Positions 24,501 through 36,678 of a DNA stretch of 64,000 nt are shown here, one piece after another (within the stretch, counting starts at the first letter, position 1; every line of letters starts with the position of its first letter). This stretch comes from Lytechinus pictus (Eukaryota), in NCBI RefSeq assembly GCF_037042905.1, contig NC_087246.1, forward strand, positions 29,016,001 to 29,080,000, in the 5' to 3' direction. The position numbers and the translations under genes are program-made. The notes beneath the pieces are model-generated. The model made no database searches and was not told the DNA's origin. It saw only the letters and a program-made list of their open reading frames with translations.

Positions 24501-27229
24501 GCTAATGTAAGCAGTAGAGTAGGCTCTTCTATTTCTTATCCAAGAGAACAATGAGTATTAAAGTGGTTTTTACAGTGTAGCAGAATTTGCAGAAATGTAA
24601 TTAATAAGATAATTAGTCGTGTAACTTCTTATATATATTTTTCGATGGGGATAGGCTGTAATTTGTCAGGATTTCTCTTCATTCAATCTTTATGCCTCCT
24701 TTATCTTAGGACGTTAATGAAAATATAAGCTGATTTAATATTCAGCAAAAGCGCCCCTTTTACAGAAGGGGCGTTATTAAAAGGCTACTTTAAATAGACT
24801 TATATAGTCAAAGGAAAGTGATTGGGCTACTTTGACAAGCAACAAGAAATAGTATAGGGTACAGGCTTCAATGTACCAGGACGTCTTTTAATGCAACCTT
24901 TAGTCCTCTGTCAAAAGATTAGTGGAAATGATAGCGATAATTTCGAATAAAAATTATATAACTCTTGATATTGAGAAAGGGGTGGGGAGTAATTCATTTG
25001 ACTAAAACATGGCTCAAAATACGCATTCACAGAAACCAGAATAAAATTAAGTACAAAAACTGCAATAATGCCCTTTTCCGTCTTTCTCTAATTTTACCAA
25101 GAGCAGAGGAGGTTTCATAATTAATATAAAAACTTGTTTTGCTAACTGTGGCAGCATTTAGGAAGCTCTAAAAGTTTTAGACCGTGAACTCTAAAACTCT
25201 AAAAGTTTCTTTAACTGTGGGACCAACTTTTGTAAATATAATCCCTATGTATATGTTAGAAGAGAATCGATTTAGTTTACACAAGCAATTAAATAATACT
25301 GTCTGGAACTATATAATCATACCAACTGTGATTAGCATAATATGAAAAGTTGCGTAGTTATACACCCAACAAACTGTTCTATCTGTATTTACTTTTCTCT
25401 TTCATGTCATAATGAACGTTAGTTTTCATTGTGCCACAATGTTAATTGGGAATCAGATATAAACTGCGAAAATTAGCCATTTTGTGTTCGAATTTGCATA
25501 ATGTATGACAATTTATGCATAATTCATACATAATGTATGCAAATTAGACGACAATATTGATGGATAAATGTTTTCTTTTCCTCCATCCATAGCACGTTAG
25601 TACTGCCATTTGAGTAAAATGCCTAATTTTTGGTAATTGAAGTTTTTTGCACTATTCATGGAATTAGTATATAAGTAAACTCATTAATATGTATTTATGG
25701 TAATAAATGGTCATTTGCATAGATGTAGTGAATTCCTTGTGCCCGAATACTTTCTAACAACCCTTTTTAACACATAAATCATTATTTATTAAGTTTAAAT
25801 CATTCAAAATCACACAAAAGCTTAATACAGTACTAATTTGAATAATGTATGCAAATTATGCTCTGAATATCACAAACAAATGAATTTAACGCAAATATTG
25901 AATATTACAAAGATACAGTTTTCTGATGTATAGTTTCTTTTCCTTTCATCATCATAAGATTGTCCCGAGTAAGACATGTTTTACTATTAATGCGGTTTTT
26001 CTAATGTTCAGAGCATTTTGCAGTTTTATGCATAAATTATGGTAATTAGGGATTATTTGCATATTTCACAAAGTTTGTTTGTCCAATGTTTTTCCCAAAC
26101 CCTAAGACACATTTCTACTATTTATTATTTACATACCACATTTATTGATACTTTTATTCAAATTAGATTATCCAGAATCATTTGAAAAAGAGGCACTTTT
26201 TATTGAAAATTTGTATAATTTATGCAAATTAGGTAATGAAATGTATGGTTACCGCATTTTTTTTCATTAGTTTTCTTTTGCTACCTCCACACAGGCTTTG
26301 GGGGGGGAGAGAAGAAATCGAAGGAGAAGTGAGAGAGGAAAATGTAAAAGAGAATAAAGAAGAAAAAATGGACGCGTCGCAAAAAAGACAACAGAAGAGG
26401 AAAATAATGAAATGAAAAAAAAAAGATTAAGAGGAAGGAAAATAAAAGGAAGAAGAAAAGACGAAAATGAGAGTTGGGGGACCGACAAATACCTGTACCC
26501 TTCATTTAGAACAAAATAACTATTCAGCCTGCGCTTCGCGCCCGCATTGCCCGTTTGTTTCATTATTCATGTCTTGTTTTCAAGTCATCCTCGGTCTGTA
26601 AGATAAAACATCATTACAGAAGTGCTTAAAATGTCTCGTTTTTTCTCCCCGAATCAGGGGCGGAAATCTCTCCCAAAATTTTTTTTTTTTTTTGGGGGGG
26701 GCAAGGGGCTGGAAAATTTGACAAGCAAAAAAAAATTGTTCAAGAATTCATATGACACTCGATCTCTTTTCGATCTCTTTTAAGACTTACTTTATTATTC
26801 ATGCATTACAGTTATAATCTGCTCTAGCTAACAATGAGCATAATAATATAGGCTGATCAATCGAGCTGATTTCTCTTAGAAAGTTGTACAAGCAAATATT
26901 ACCACTATTCTTATTGAATGTTTCTTATGAGGTAGGCCTATACTGAATTATGACCTGAAATAAATTCAGACATTCCTACATTGTTTACATTTAATTTTCA
27001 TCTCATATTAAATTCACGAGTTGAATTAGTAGAGTAATCAGGCGTTACCATGGCAACATACCATTACCATGCATTCAAATGAACTTATCCATGCAGAACA
27101 CTCTGTTGTTTTCGATATTTAATTCAAATGAGTTGGTCAAACCTATATAGATTTTGGCATTTTCATTGTCATTTTCCACCATTCATCTTTTCCCACCATA
27201 ATGTTGATTTATGATGGCAAGTCAATAAA

Positions 27230-27480
27230 TGCCCCCAATGTACATGGCCAAAGTTCATTGACCTTAAATTACCTTTGACCGTGACATGACCTGAAACTCA
27301 CTATAGGATTTTCACCGACTCCCTCATGATAGCTATAAAAACCTGTAGGCCTACCAGTATTTCAAACTTATGATTACATTTCACAAACTTATCCTGTTTT
27401 AAGATTTCAATGTTTACGACGCCGTCCGCGCGGCGCCGTCGGAAAAAGCGGCGCCCTGTCTCTGCAGGCAATCAAGACAA
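27230..27480 (-). mobile_element. Truncated inverted copy of the 20594-21562 family
   Basis: Reverse complement contains GAGAC..GGCGCCGCTTTTTCCGACGGCG and one unit ending AAGGTCAATGAACTTTGGCC. Confidence 0.7.
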
Positions 27481-28582
27481 TTGTATTTTTCTGCGGGAAA
27501 GATAAGCCGTTACCATGGCAATGGATCTTTTGCAAATACTTTGATGACTTTATAGGCCTATATCTAGAAATTAAATTTGGAAGGCTTAAAAATGATAGAT
27601 TGGACCATTTAAATTGACAGGGTAATATGCCATATAGGCTCAATATGTTATTTTTTAAAAACATATTAATCAGTTGCCATGGCAACGGCGGAAGGAGGCA
27701 TTTATGAAACTGGCAACAAGCGGATTCATGTTCAGCACCATATAAATAGAGGAAATGACACAAAAAATCAGATTCTAAAGAAAAGTCTACTTGAAAAATT
27801 ATGACAATTCCGTTTAGGCCCTATACTCTTACAAGTATTATCATACTACAATCAGGTTGAGCGGAGTTAGGGCAGGCTGCTATCTCAAGGTATGCCCTCG
27901 CTAATTCATTCACACAACAAATATTCATTCTAGAAAAATTTGTCATGACGACATATCAGGACCTCCTGCACCTGCGACTCTCACATTTTCATTCATCATA
28001 TAAGAATATAACATTTTTCACTGTTTTTAGGAGTTTTTAAAGTGATTGAAACAAAACCGTAATTTGGTGCAGTTGCGGTACAGTTGATCGAAGTTCAAAC
28101 AGTTATCGGGTTACTTTACATTTAAAGCAGTATTTCACGATGATTTATTAAGGGATTGATTTTATTTTTCCACACTTTGTTTTTTCATGTAATGGTCTCC
28201 TCTTGGGTGCTTAATTATGCGAGTATACTAAACAATAAGGAATTTGGGACGAATTTAAAATGATAATCATAATAAGCAGCGTGCGCATCGCGCTTGTGAG
28301 GGTGAGCGAGAATTGGGCAGCGAACGGTACTGACATACAGCCTAGTTAATACAGTTACAGGGGTACATTTTATTATATTTATAATCTTATTAAATTCTTG
28401 TTCAATCTTAATCTTTTAATGGCCTTTTAAAGTTTTTAGTTTTAAGAGCATGGGTACCAGTACCACTTCATCAATCTGAGATTGTGAACTTGTGAACCTC
28501 ACCCCTCCTCCCACTAAAAAGAAATTTCATTGCCCTTGCACAATATCATTATCAATTTATATTTTTATTCCTATATTTGCAG

Positions 28583-31500
28583 ATGGGAGGTGAGGATGTC
28601 TATGTGTGTTATCATGAAAGTGACAACAAGTTTGCACAATTTCTAGCTGGTAAGCAAAATCAGGGAATAATTTTCCCGGTATCACATCGCAATTTACTCC
28701 ACACTTTTTAAATACTGCTACACATACAGACATAAAGTCTTTTGTACAGCATATTTTAACATACAACTGTACATTACTAAGTTGAGACTTGAGAGCTTTT
28801 CTCTTAGGACCAAAAATGCTATTCATATTTGTAAAGCAAAATTACTCCCTGAAAATATAGATATTTGACTGACTGGGCTGAGACCCTGTGAGATTATGTA
28901 AAGTAATGTTACTTTATAACAGTGTAAACAAGGTTTTAAAATCCCCTAAATACCTACATGTATTGTATCAAATCAAAATAAATATCCATGGTTATTAGTA
29001 CATGTGTTTATAAATAATGAAAACCTAATTGAAGAGAAATAAAAGGAAAGATAAAGTCTTTTCATTCACTTGCTCAGTTTTGAGTTTTAGCCTTGGATTT
29101 GTTTGAAAATCCTAGAATGTATCGATATTGCTATATACAATTACCTTTTCAATATGATTATTTTTCCTCACCTTGAACCTGGAAGTATGAGGTGCCCTGC
29201 ATAGAAAAACAAATGTCTTAATTCTTCTGATTACTGTTTTGGATTTCACAGATAATTTAAGACAAAATGGGTTGGGAGTGTGGAGACCCAACACCGATGC
29301 CCCCTCCAGCAAAGGCAAAGCTCTTGTCGATGCCAAGGTAAACTAATATGTACCTAATGATTCGTAATGACATCTGGGTGAAATTCTGCAGAAATTAATC
29401 CCACCCCCATTCTATTTCTATGGACATTTCTATTTCCCCTCATTCATGAAATCCTGATTATATTAATATGAATTTCTCTAAGACTGAGTCCCCCAACATA
29501 TAAAGTGTGAAATATCAAACAGGCACACAAAAATTATTTGGTCATTTGTATATATATATATTTGGGTATGTATCATAGTGATACTTGGATTTTATATGCC
29601 AACATTGTATTATATTTTTAGAGTTTTTCAAACAGGAATATGGAATAATTCATTGGTACTATCAAAAGAAAATTAGAAAATCAGTTCAGCCTTCAATTGC
29701 TACATTAAAAAAAAAATCTTATTGAAACAGGCTTGAAAAATATGCATAAAACAGCCAATTTGTGTATTTCTATCCGAACCACGGGTGCAAGAATTATCAA
29801 AACAGCTTTATTTATGTTTACAGGTCTGTCTTGTGATCTTGAGCGAGGCTTCCCTGCAGGATAAATCATGTGAAGATGCAATTTCTCTGGCATATATATC
29901 TGATAAACCTGTCTTCCCTGTAGCCATCAAAGCATTCCCAGATCTGGAAAAGAATCTCACCTTCTCCATGTAAGTTGCAAAGAAATTTTTGATATAAAGA
30001 AGAGGCATTTTTGTGGAAGACTAGAGTTATGTTTTTTTACCATAGTGATATCAAAACTAAATTACAAATCAAAATGTTTGCGTAATATAAATACTGACTA
30101 AATATGTGGATTGATCACTCTATTCACAGCCATTAACCCATTAGTGACTGAGCATACATATATGTAGGCTGGAGTCTATGGAAAATGTGTTATAGCAAAA
30201 TTATCCAGTCTCCAACGGGTTAATATAAATGGCTCTGTTCTTCCTGAAAGTACAACAAAACTTACTAAAAAAAGATGTAAGATGTTATACACATATATAA
30301 AAGTACTTGTGCAATATTAAAAAAAATAGATAAAAAGATCATAATCAATGATTTAATGCACATCTAAATAGGTTAATAGGAAATTGACTCCCACCAACAA
30401 GAAAAATATTAAGGTTTATCTTGAAGTACAAAATGGTCCCCAGTCTTCTTTAAACCCAACATGTACATATTTATATTCCTCATAACAAATTGATTTTTGT
30501 ATGAATTAATGTTTACGAAAAATGTAATGAAATGGAAGAAAATAAATGTTTATTTGAATTGAATTGAAAAAGTCATGCATCACAGCTTTAGGAAAACCCA
30601 AGGCCTTTTGTGGTCAAAATCTCCTATTCACATTTTTCATGTTTACTGCTCGTTTGTTTTTTAATCAGCAACGTCATATTAATCACGTAATAATTCATCT
30701 TTTCTTCCAGGAGGCTGATATTGGCCAAACTGAACTGGGTGTTCTTCATACCATCCGAGGACTCCTCCGAGTACCCCACCCAATCCCTGCCTGTCCTCAT
30801 TTCATCCATGAAGCGGGAGATAGAAGCAGTCTCGCAACGTGACAAGCCCCAAGCTGGAGATATCGAAGGTAATCTCGAGGGTGGTGGTTCATCCCAACGA
30901 GCTTTCTACAAACGATGGAACAGCGTGAAAGATGACGTAGAGCAGATTGATTTCTGGGAGGAGAACTTTGGCAGTGCAAAAGAAGTCACATGGATCAAAT
31001 TCAGGGAAGCTTTCCTGGATGTCTATGAAGAACAGATCAATGGTCAGTTTTTTCTATTGGAAAGTTATTTTTAAAGTAAATTTTTTCTCTTTTTTTGAAA
31101 GATTTTTTAAAGTTAGCATCTTTTTTGTAAGTTGTTTGAAAAAAGGAGAAAATCACAGAAGCAGATTGATGAAAGTTAAACGAAACCAGCCAAAATATAT
31201 AAAGAAAATTAATATTTTTATGTTGTAATAAGTAGTAATCACTAGATCTATTATTCTGTACATATAGGTGGGGGATTTCATATTCGTCAAAAAGATCGTT
31301 GTTAGGAAGTGTACAGACAGACAACCACTTGTGCTCCTATTCCAATACACAAAATAAACATATCTTATATTCAGAATATTTTTCATTTATGAGGGCATAT
31401 AACAAAAACAAATCTTGTAATCTAATCACCATTCCCATGGAAAAGGCAAAACCACAAAGTCCTGATAAAAATGACAAATAGAAGGGTTGTCCTAACCACT

Positions 31501-34500
31501 TCCCTAATCAAGAAGTTGACAGTTTGCAATTCCCATGGAATTAGTAATCTCATTTTTCAAACAGTCATTTTAATTTTCTTTAAAATTTTCAATATTCGGT
31601 TTCCTTTTTTTTCATTAGTACAAATCGTGAAGTTTGATTGGCCTTCTAATAGCTGACCGTGGGGGTCAATTGTTTTAATAATGTATTTTGATAATAATAG
31701 TTACATTTATAATTATATAGCGCTTTATACATTGGTTTATAAGTGCTTTACATTGTGACTATTATTACCCTGGTCATAGGATCCATCACTGTTCCACACA
31801 TGAAGTGCACCATCTCCACTCCCTGGGGAGTATCCTGGCCAGGCAACCTTTTATCAGTGCACACATGCCAATGTTATCATAATTACTTTCACATCCTACC
31901 GGGTACCCATTTGACACCTGGGTGGAGACTGACAAATGTGGATAAGTGCCTTGCCAAAGGACATTAGCGCCGGATGGGATTCGAACCCTCCACCGTTGGT
32001 TTAAGAGTCAAGTGAATGAACCACTACACCTTCCATGACACATCCACAAGAAATGTGGAGGTCACATTTCAGAAATGTGACTCAGAATGACAATAAATGT
32101 TCTGGAATAACCAGAGCATTAATAATAGTATTGATTTAACATGCAGAATGCATCCATTAGTGTAAACACCCAATACTTATTGCTTGTTATTTGATTATAT
32201 GGAACAAAAATGAACAAACTATTTAATATAATGTAATCTGTATTACAATCACAGCTGTACATAATGTGACTTAGGCTCCTGGCTCTTGTGGCTGTAATAT
32301 AAAGCCTTTATAAATCCAAGTGATTACGTCAAATTTGTGGTTTGGTTCACTTTGCTTTGTTTTTATTGTCAGTGGAAATTATTATTTCAGACCTACAGTC
32401 ACTTGAATCCCCCTCCCAACGATGATGAAAACCTGATGAAAAGTCCAGCTAAAGTAAAGTTGGGTAAAATTTGAATTTCCACAAATTTCAAGACTATTCT
32501 TCCTGTAGATTTTCAAGGTTATAAGTGTGATATTGTCAATACATAGATTTAAGTGTTCTACATATAAATTTACTTTAAAAACATAACTCTAAGATCTAAA
32601 TTGATTCTGGTGTCTTGTGTTGCTAGATCAAATTACATCCAGCAATACCCAATGGATCATCAATATCCTGTATGGAGATGTCCTGGAGCTTAAAAAGACT
32701 GTATCAAAGAAGATGTACGATGATTTCTGTGGAGACGCATCCTGGGGTCCTGATCGATTCTTCCTACGTCTCATGGATTACGCCAAGGGGACTATCGCTA
32801 TGAGAGGAGTCTTTAACATGAAGAGTACTGTCAGACTTGATGCTGTCCAGAACCTTGGTATGTGAATCTCAGTCATAATATGCTTCATTGTCGTTTACCT
32901 GCAAAAATTAATAGTACATGCATGATAAGTAAAGATTCATGCTTGCTCCGTAACAAATAACAACTCACTGTTGCGACTTTTTCGCAAATTATCACATGGC
33001 ATCTATGGGCAAATGACAATTGCAATGAAGGGGAGGCCCTTATATTGTTTGAGATTTTGCAGCTTCTGTGTGCACAGGACTACATCCAGCTCGCGAAAGA
33101 TGGCTAGGAATCTTTTTAATTGCCGGTTCCCACTTGTGTGACAAGTTGAAGCGGAGCCCTCTCTTGCGAGGGATGGGCTTTCCACTCTTTCGGCTTCCTT
33201 GATGCTACATTCAAAACACCTGGATTCCTTTTCCAACATACCTTAATACTTGTTTTATTCACAATAGCAAATTGGATGGACACCGTATGACATTTTATAG
33301 ATTATGGAATGCATGCTGAAAATCAGGTTATATAGGGAAAATATAGGGTTTGCTGAAAGGATTACTTTTCAAGAAAAACTGATACTTAACATTATGATTC
33401 ATTTCACCCTTTCCTTTACCAGGTCAGTTCCGTACTGCACCGGTGATAACATCTCTTCTCTCTTTACTTGATGACAAGGATGCTAATATGAGAGCTGTAG
33501 CAGCCATTGCTTTAGGAAAGACAGGTAGGATGAAGAGGTATCTCAGTTTTTGTCTCGCCTGCGTAGCGGAGCGAGACATAGGTATCACTATTTCCGGCGT
33601 CGTCGTCGTCGTCAACAATTGCGTTGTACACCCGGGGGGGGCCACTTCCATTCACGAGTGGATACCATGCGCGACCATGGGGTCTCGAAAAGCACCCTAA
33701 ACACGTAATTTCCATATTCTGAAAATGCACCCCTTAACAAGTATTGGCGTGTGAAACCCTACCCTTAACAATTATTGGAAACAAAACGATACTCTTGGCA
33801 AATATTCCCTGAAATGAACCCCTAAACAAGTACAGGAATGTTTTATTGTTACGGGTCCTTCGGTCGTCGGCTTTACCTTATTTTGGTTTAGTACGACCCC
33901 ACCTTCTACACTTTGCGCAAATCGGACTCTAAACACGAAGTGTTGGGGCAAAATGGACATCCTTTATAAAACATTTTAATTTTGTTTTATCATTCCCGCA
34001 AATTCGACCCTAAACACGTAATTTTCCTAGCGAAATAGACACCCTTTTTTCATTATTTTTGTGTTTTTGATATACCCTTATCACGTTACGTACGTAACGT
34101 GCCCTATCGTGAAAAGGACATCCTTTTTACGTGTTTTTTTGGTCGCGCATGGTATCCACTCGTCAATGTAAGTGGCCCCCCCGGGGTTGTACACCCAATA
34201 ACTTTCTATAGCTTCGAGGTGGGATCACCAAATTCATACCAGAGGTCCATCTCCTGAAGGCACAGGTCAAGTTTGAATATGAATCGAATTTGAATAAGGT
34301 CAAAGGTCAATGAACTTTCCATGACTGGCACTGTGCTATGTTGTACACATAATAACTTTGTATATCTTCGAGGTGGGATCACCAAATTCATACCAGAGGT
34401 CCATCTCCTGAAGGCACAGGTCAAGTTCGAATATGAGTCGAAATGTGAATAAGGTCAAAGGTCAATGAACTTTCCATGACTGGCACTGTGCTGTGTTGTA

Positions 34501-36678
34501 CACACAATAACTTTCTATAGCTTTGAGTTGGGATCGCCAAATTCATACCAGAGGTCCATCTCCTGAAGGCATAGGTCAAGTTCGAATATTAGTCGAATGT
34601 GAATAAGGTCAAAGGTCAATGAACTTTCCATGACTGGCACTGTGCTGTGTTGTACACACAATAACTTTCTATAGCTTCGAGTTGGGATCGCCAAATTCAT
34701 ACCAGAGGTCCATCTCCTGAAGGCACAGGTCAAGTTCGAATATTAGTCTAATGTGAATAAGGTCAAAGGTCAATGAACTTTCCATGACTGGCACTGTGCT
34801 GTGTTGTACACACAATAACTTTCTATAGCTTCGAGGTGAGATCGCCAAATTCATAACAGAGGTCCATCTCTTGAAGGTGCAGGTCAAGTTCAAATGTGAG
34901 CCGAATTTGAATAAGGTCAAAGGTCAATGAACTTTCCATGACTGGCACTGTGCTGTGCTGTACACACAATAATTTTCTATATCTTTGAGGTAGGATTGCC
35001 AAATTCATACAAGAGGTCCATCTTTTGAAGGTGCAGGTCAAGTTCGAATGTGAGTTGAATTTGATGAAGGTCAAAGGTCAATGAACTTTCCATGACTGGC
35101 ACTGTGCTGTGTTGTACACATAATAAATTTTTATATCTTCGAGGTAGGATTGCCAAATTCATACAAGAGGTCCATCTCTTGAAGGTGCAGGTCAAGTTCA
35201 AATGTGAGTTGAATTTGATTAAGGTCAAAGGTCAATGAACTTTCCATGACTGGCACTGTGCTATTTTGTACACACAATAACTTTCTATAGCTTCGAGGTG
35301 GGATCGCCAAACTCGTAACAGAGGTCCATCTCTTGAAGGTGCAGGTCAGGTTCGAATGTGAGTTGAATTTTATTAAGGTCAAAGGTCAATGAACTTTCAC
35401 ACTACTTTGTTCCTCTAGTGACATGAACTTTATCATTTTATACTTTTTAACACTAACATTTTACTTCAGAACTCAGTACTCTCTATACCTGAACCAGATT
35501 TTGTATTTTACTTGTTTATTCTTTGAAAACTGTTATTTATTTAATGAGCTATAGTTCTTGGCACCATTTATAATATTCACACAAATTTGCCAATGGTACA
35601 ATAGAAAAGCTGTCAAGGTTTCTTAAATGTTACCCTTTAGATTTGACATGCAGTCTCTTCATGACTGCAATATGCAGGCGAGACAACGCTTGGCGTTTGC
35701 CTTGTTTTAAATAATCACATTTGAATAATATTTGACCTTGATGTATTGTGACAAGTTTGTTCACGATCCTATACACCATGCTTAGTCTGCTCATGGAAAC
35801 AGTATGTAAACATTTATTGAAATTATGGGGAAGACATATATTGAGTTATCTTGAAGTAAGTGGCTCTGATATTAAATAGAATCATGCAGCTCTTTTACAT
35901 GTGTTTTAAACATAATTTTCGGATTTAAACTTTTGTTTACTCCCTTCTCTATTCCACCGCTCTGAATACAGAGGTGAGAAGCAAACGGGTCGTGACTAAG
36001 CTGATCTCTAAACTGACGGATGAAGATCGTTTGGTGAGAGAGGCAACATGTTTATCCCTTGGTCATCTCAAAGCCAAGTCTTCAGTGCCCAAGTTGGTTG
36101 AAAGATGGTCAGTACCTTATGTCAAAGTTTACAGACGGATTATCTCTTTGAATTCATTTACTTTCTCTTCTCATTCATGCAGCAGTGTATGATTGAATTA
36201 TTAAAAAAATAATAATTTCAAGATAGAATGGGATGACAGTGCCTCCTGGCATGTCTGGCAAGCAAACGCCCCCTGCCCCCCTAAAAAGTACATAACTGTT
36301 TACCATTTCCTATTAGTAGGGTATTTACTTTTCAAGGGAAACTCCACTAGTTACAGCCCTGAATTTTTCCAAACCCATTACTAGTCCCCCCCCCCCTTCC
36401 TCCCTTCTCTCTCTCTCTCTTTCTCAAATTCTGTGTGGGGTGGAACTTTTTTGTTTTGTTTTGTTTATCATTGGCATCTCCTCTCTTGGAACCTCTATAA
36501 AGAAATATTCCATTCTCGACTTATCCACCACAGGAGGAGCGATGTGATATCAGATGTGAGAAAATCAGCAGAGATTGCACTGGAGCAGGTGGGTTCCGAA
36601 GAATCCCAGAATGCACTCCGGATGACGTACCTGCTCTCCCAGGAAATGACTAAACTTGAAGCGGAGGATGTGAGCTAG
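28583..36678 (+). CDS. Uncharacterised 414-aa protein: N-terminal TIR (TIR_2-like) domain, central Cbl-type EF-hand-like region, C-terminal HEAT repeats. Exons 28583-28649, 29252-29337, 29824-29969, 30711-31042, 32627-32857, 33423-33524, 35972-36107, 36534-36678
   Basis: Eight exons splice GT-AG in phase to 1245 nt ending in TAG. TIR pattern: DVYVCYHESDNKFAQFLADNLRQNGLGVW...VCLVILSEASLQDKSCEDAISLAYISDKPVFPV. HEAT repeats: LLSLLDDKDANMRAVAAIALG, LISKLTDEDRLVREATCLSLG, SDVISDVRKSAEIALEQVG. The ATG directly follows an acceptor (TTGCAG|ATG), so an upstream exon is likely. Confidence 0.85.
30137..30219. mobile_element. Tiny piggyBac-like MITE (83 bp)
   Basis: TTAA|CCCATTAGTGACTG...CAGTCTCCAACGGG|TTAA. 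Confidence 0.65.
31690..32045 (-). mobile_element. tRNA-derived SINE
   Basis: Minus strand has A-box-like GGTGTAGTGG, B-box GGTTCGAATCC, core TCCTTTGGCAAGGCACTTATCC...CTCCACCCAGGTGTCAAATGGGTACC, and an L2-type tail AAAGCGCTATATAA..TATTATT. Confidence 0.8.
33547..35706 (+). mobile_element. Second HINE/DINE-1-like family carrying eight 154-bp tandem repeats (intron 6 of the TIR-HEAT gene)
   Basis: 5' subTIR GTCTCGCCTGC (33552) with hairpin partner GCGAGAC, (CGT)n, tandem array 34186-35400, 3' subTIR GCAGGCGAGAC (35674-35684), terminal hairpin AACGCTTGGCGTT, ends CTTGTT. Confidence 0.85.
33631..34185. mobile_element. CCCGGG-terminal MITE nested in the HINE-like element
   Basis: About 45-bp TIRs CCCGGGGGGGGCCACTTCCATTCACGAGTGGATACCATGCGCGACCA; 8-bp TSD GTTGTACA (33623-33630, 34186-34193). 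Confidence 0.9.

Noticed and set aside
31965-32040. tRNA-like A/B boxes here and at 62672-62935
   Set aside because: No complete cloverleaf, and they continue into SINE core sequence, so they are SINE heads rather than tRNA genes.
34206-35382. Series of similar 72-83 aa ORFs; the regular spacing is superficially CRISPR-like
   Set aside because: These are translations of a 154-bp tandem repeat. Whole units repeat with no unique spacers, the context is a eukaryotic intron, and there are no cas genes.
35972-36678. C-terminal resemblance to the RIPOR/FAM65 HEAT tail or deoxyhypusine hydroxylase
   Set aside because: Generic HEAT similarity only; no DOHH His-Glu motifs and the N-terminus is unrelated, so no gene symbol was assigned.
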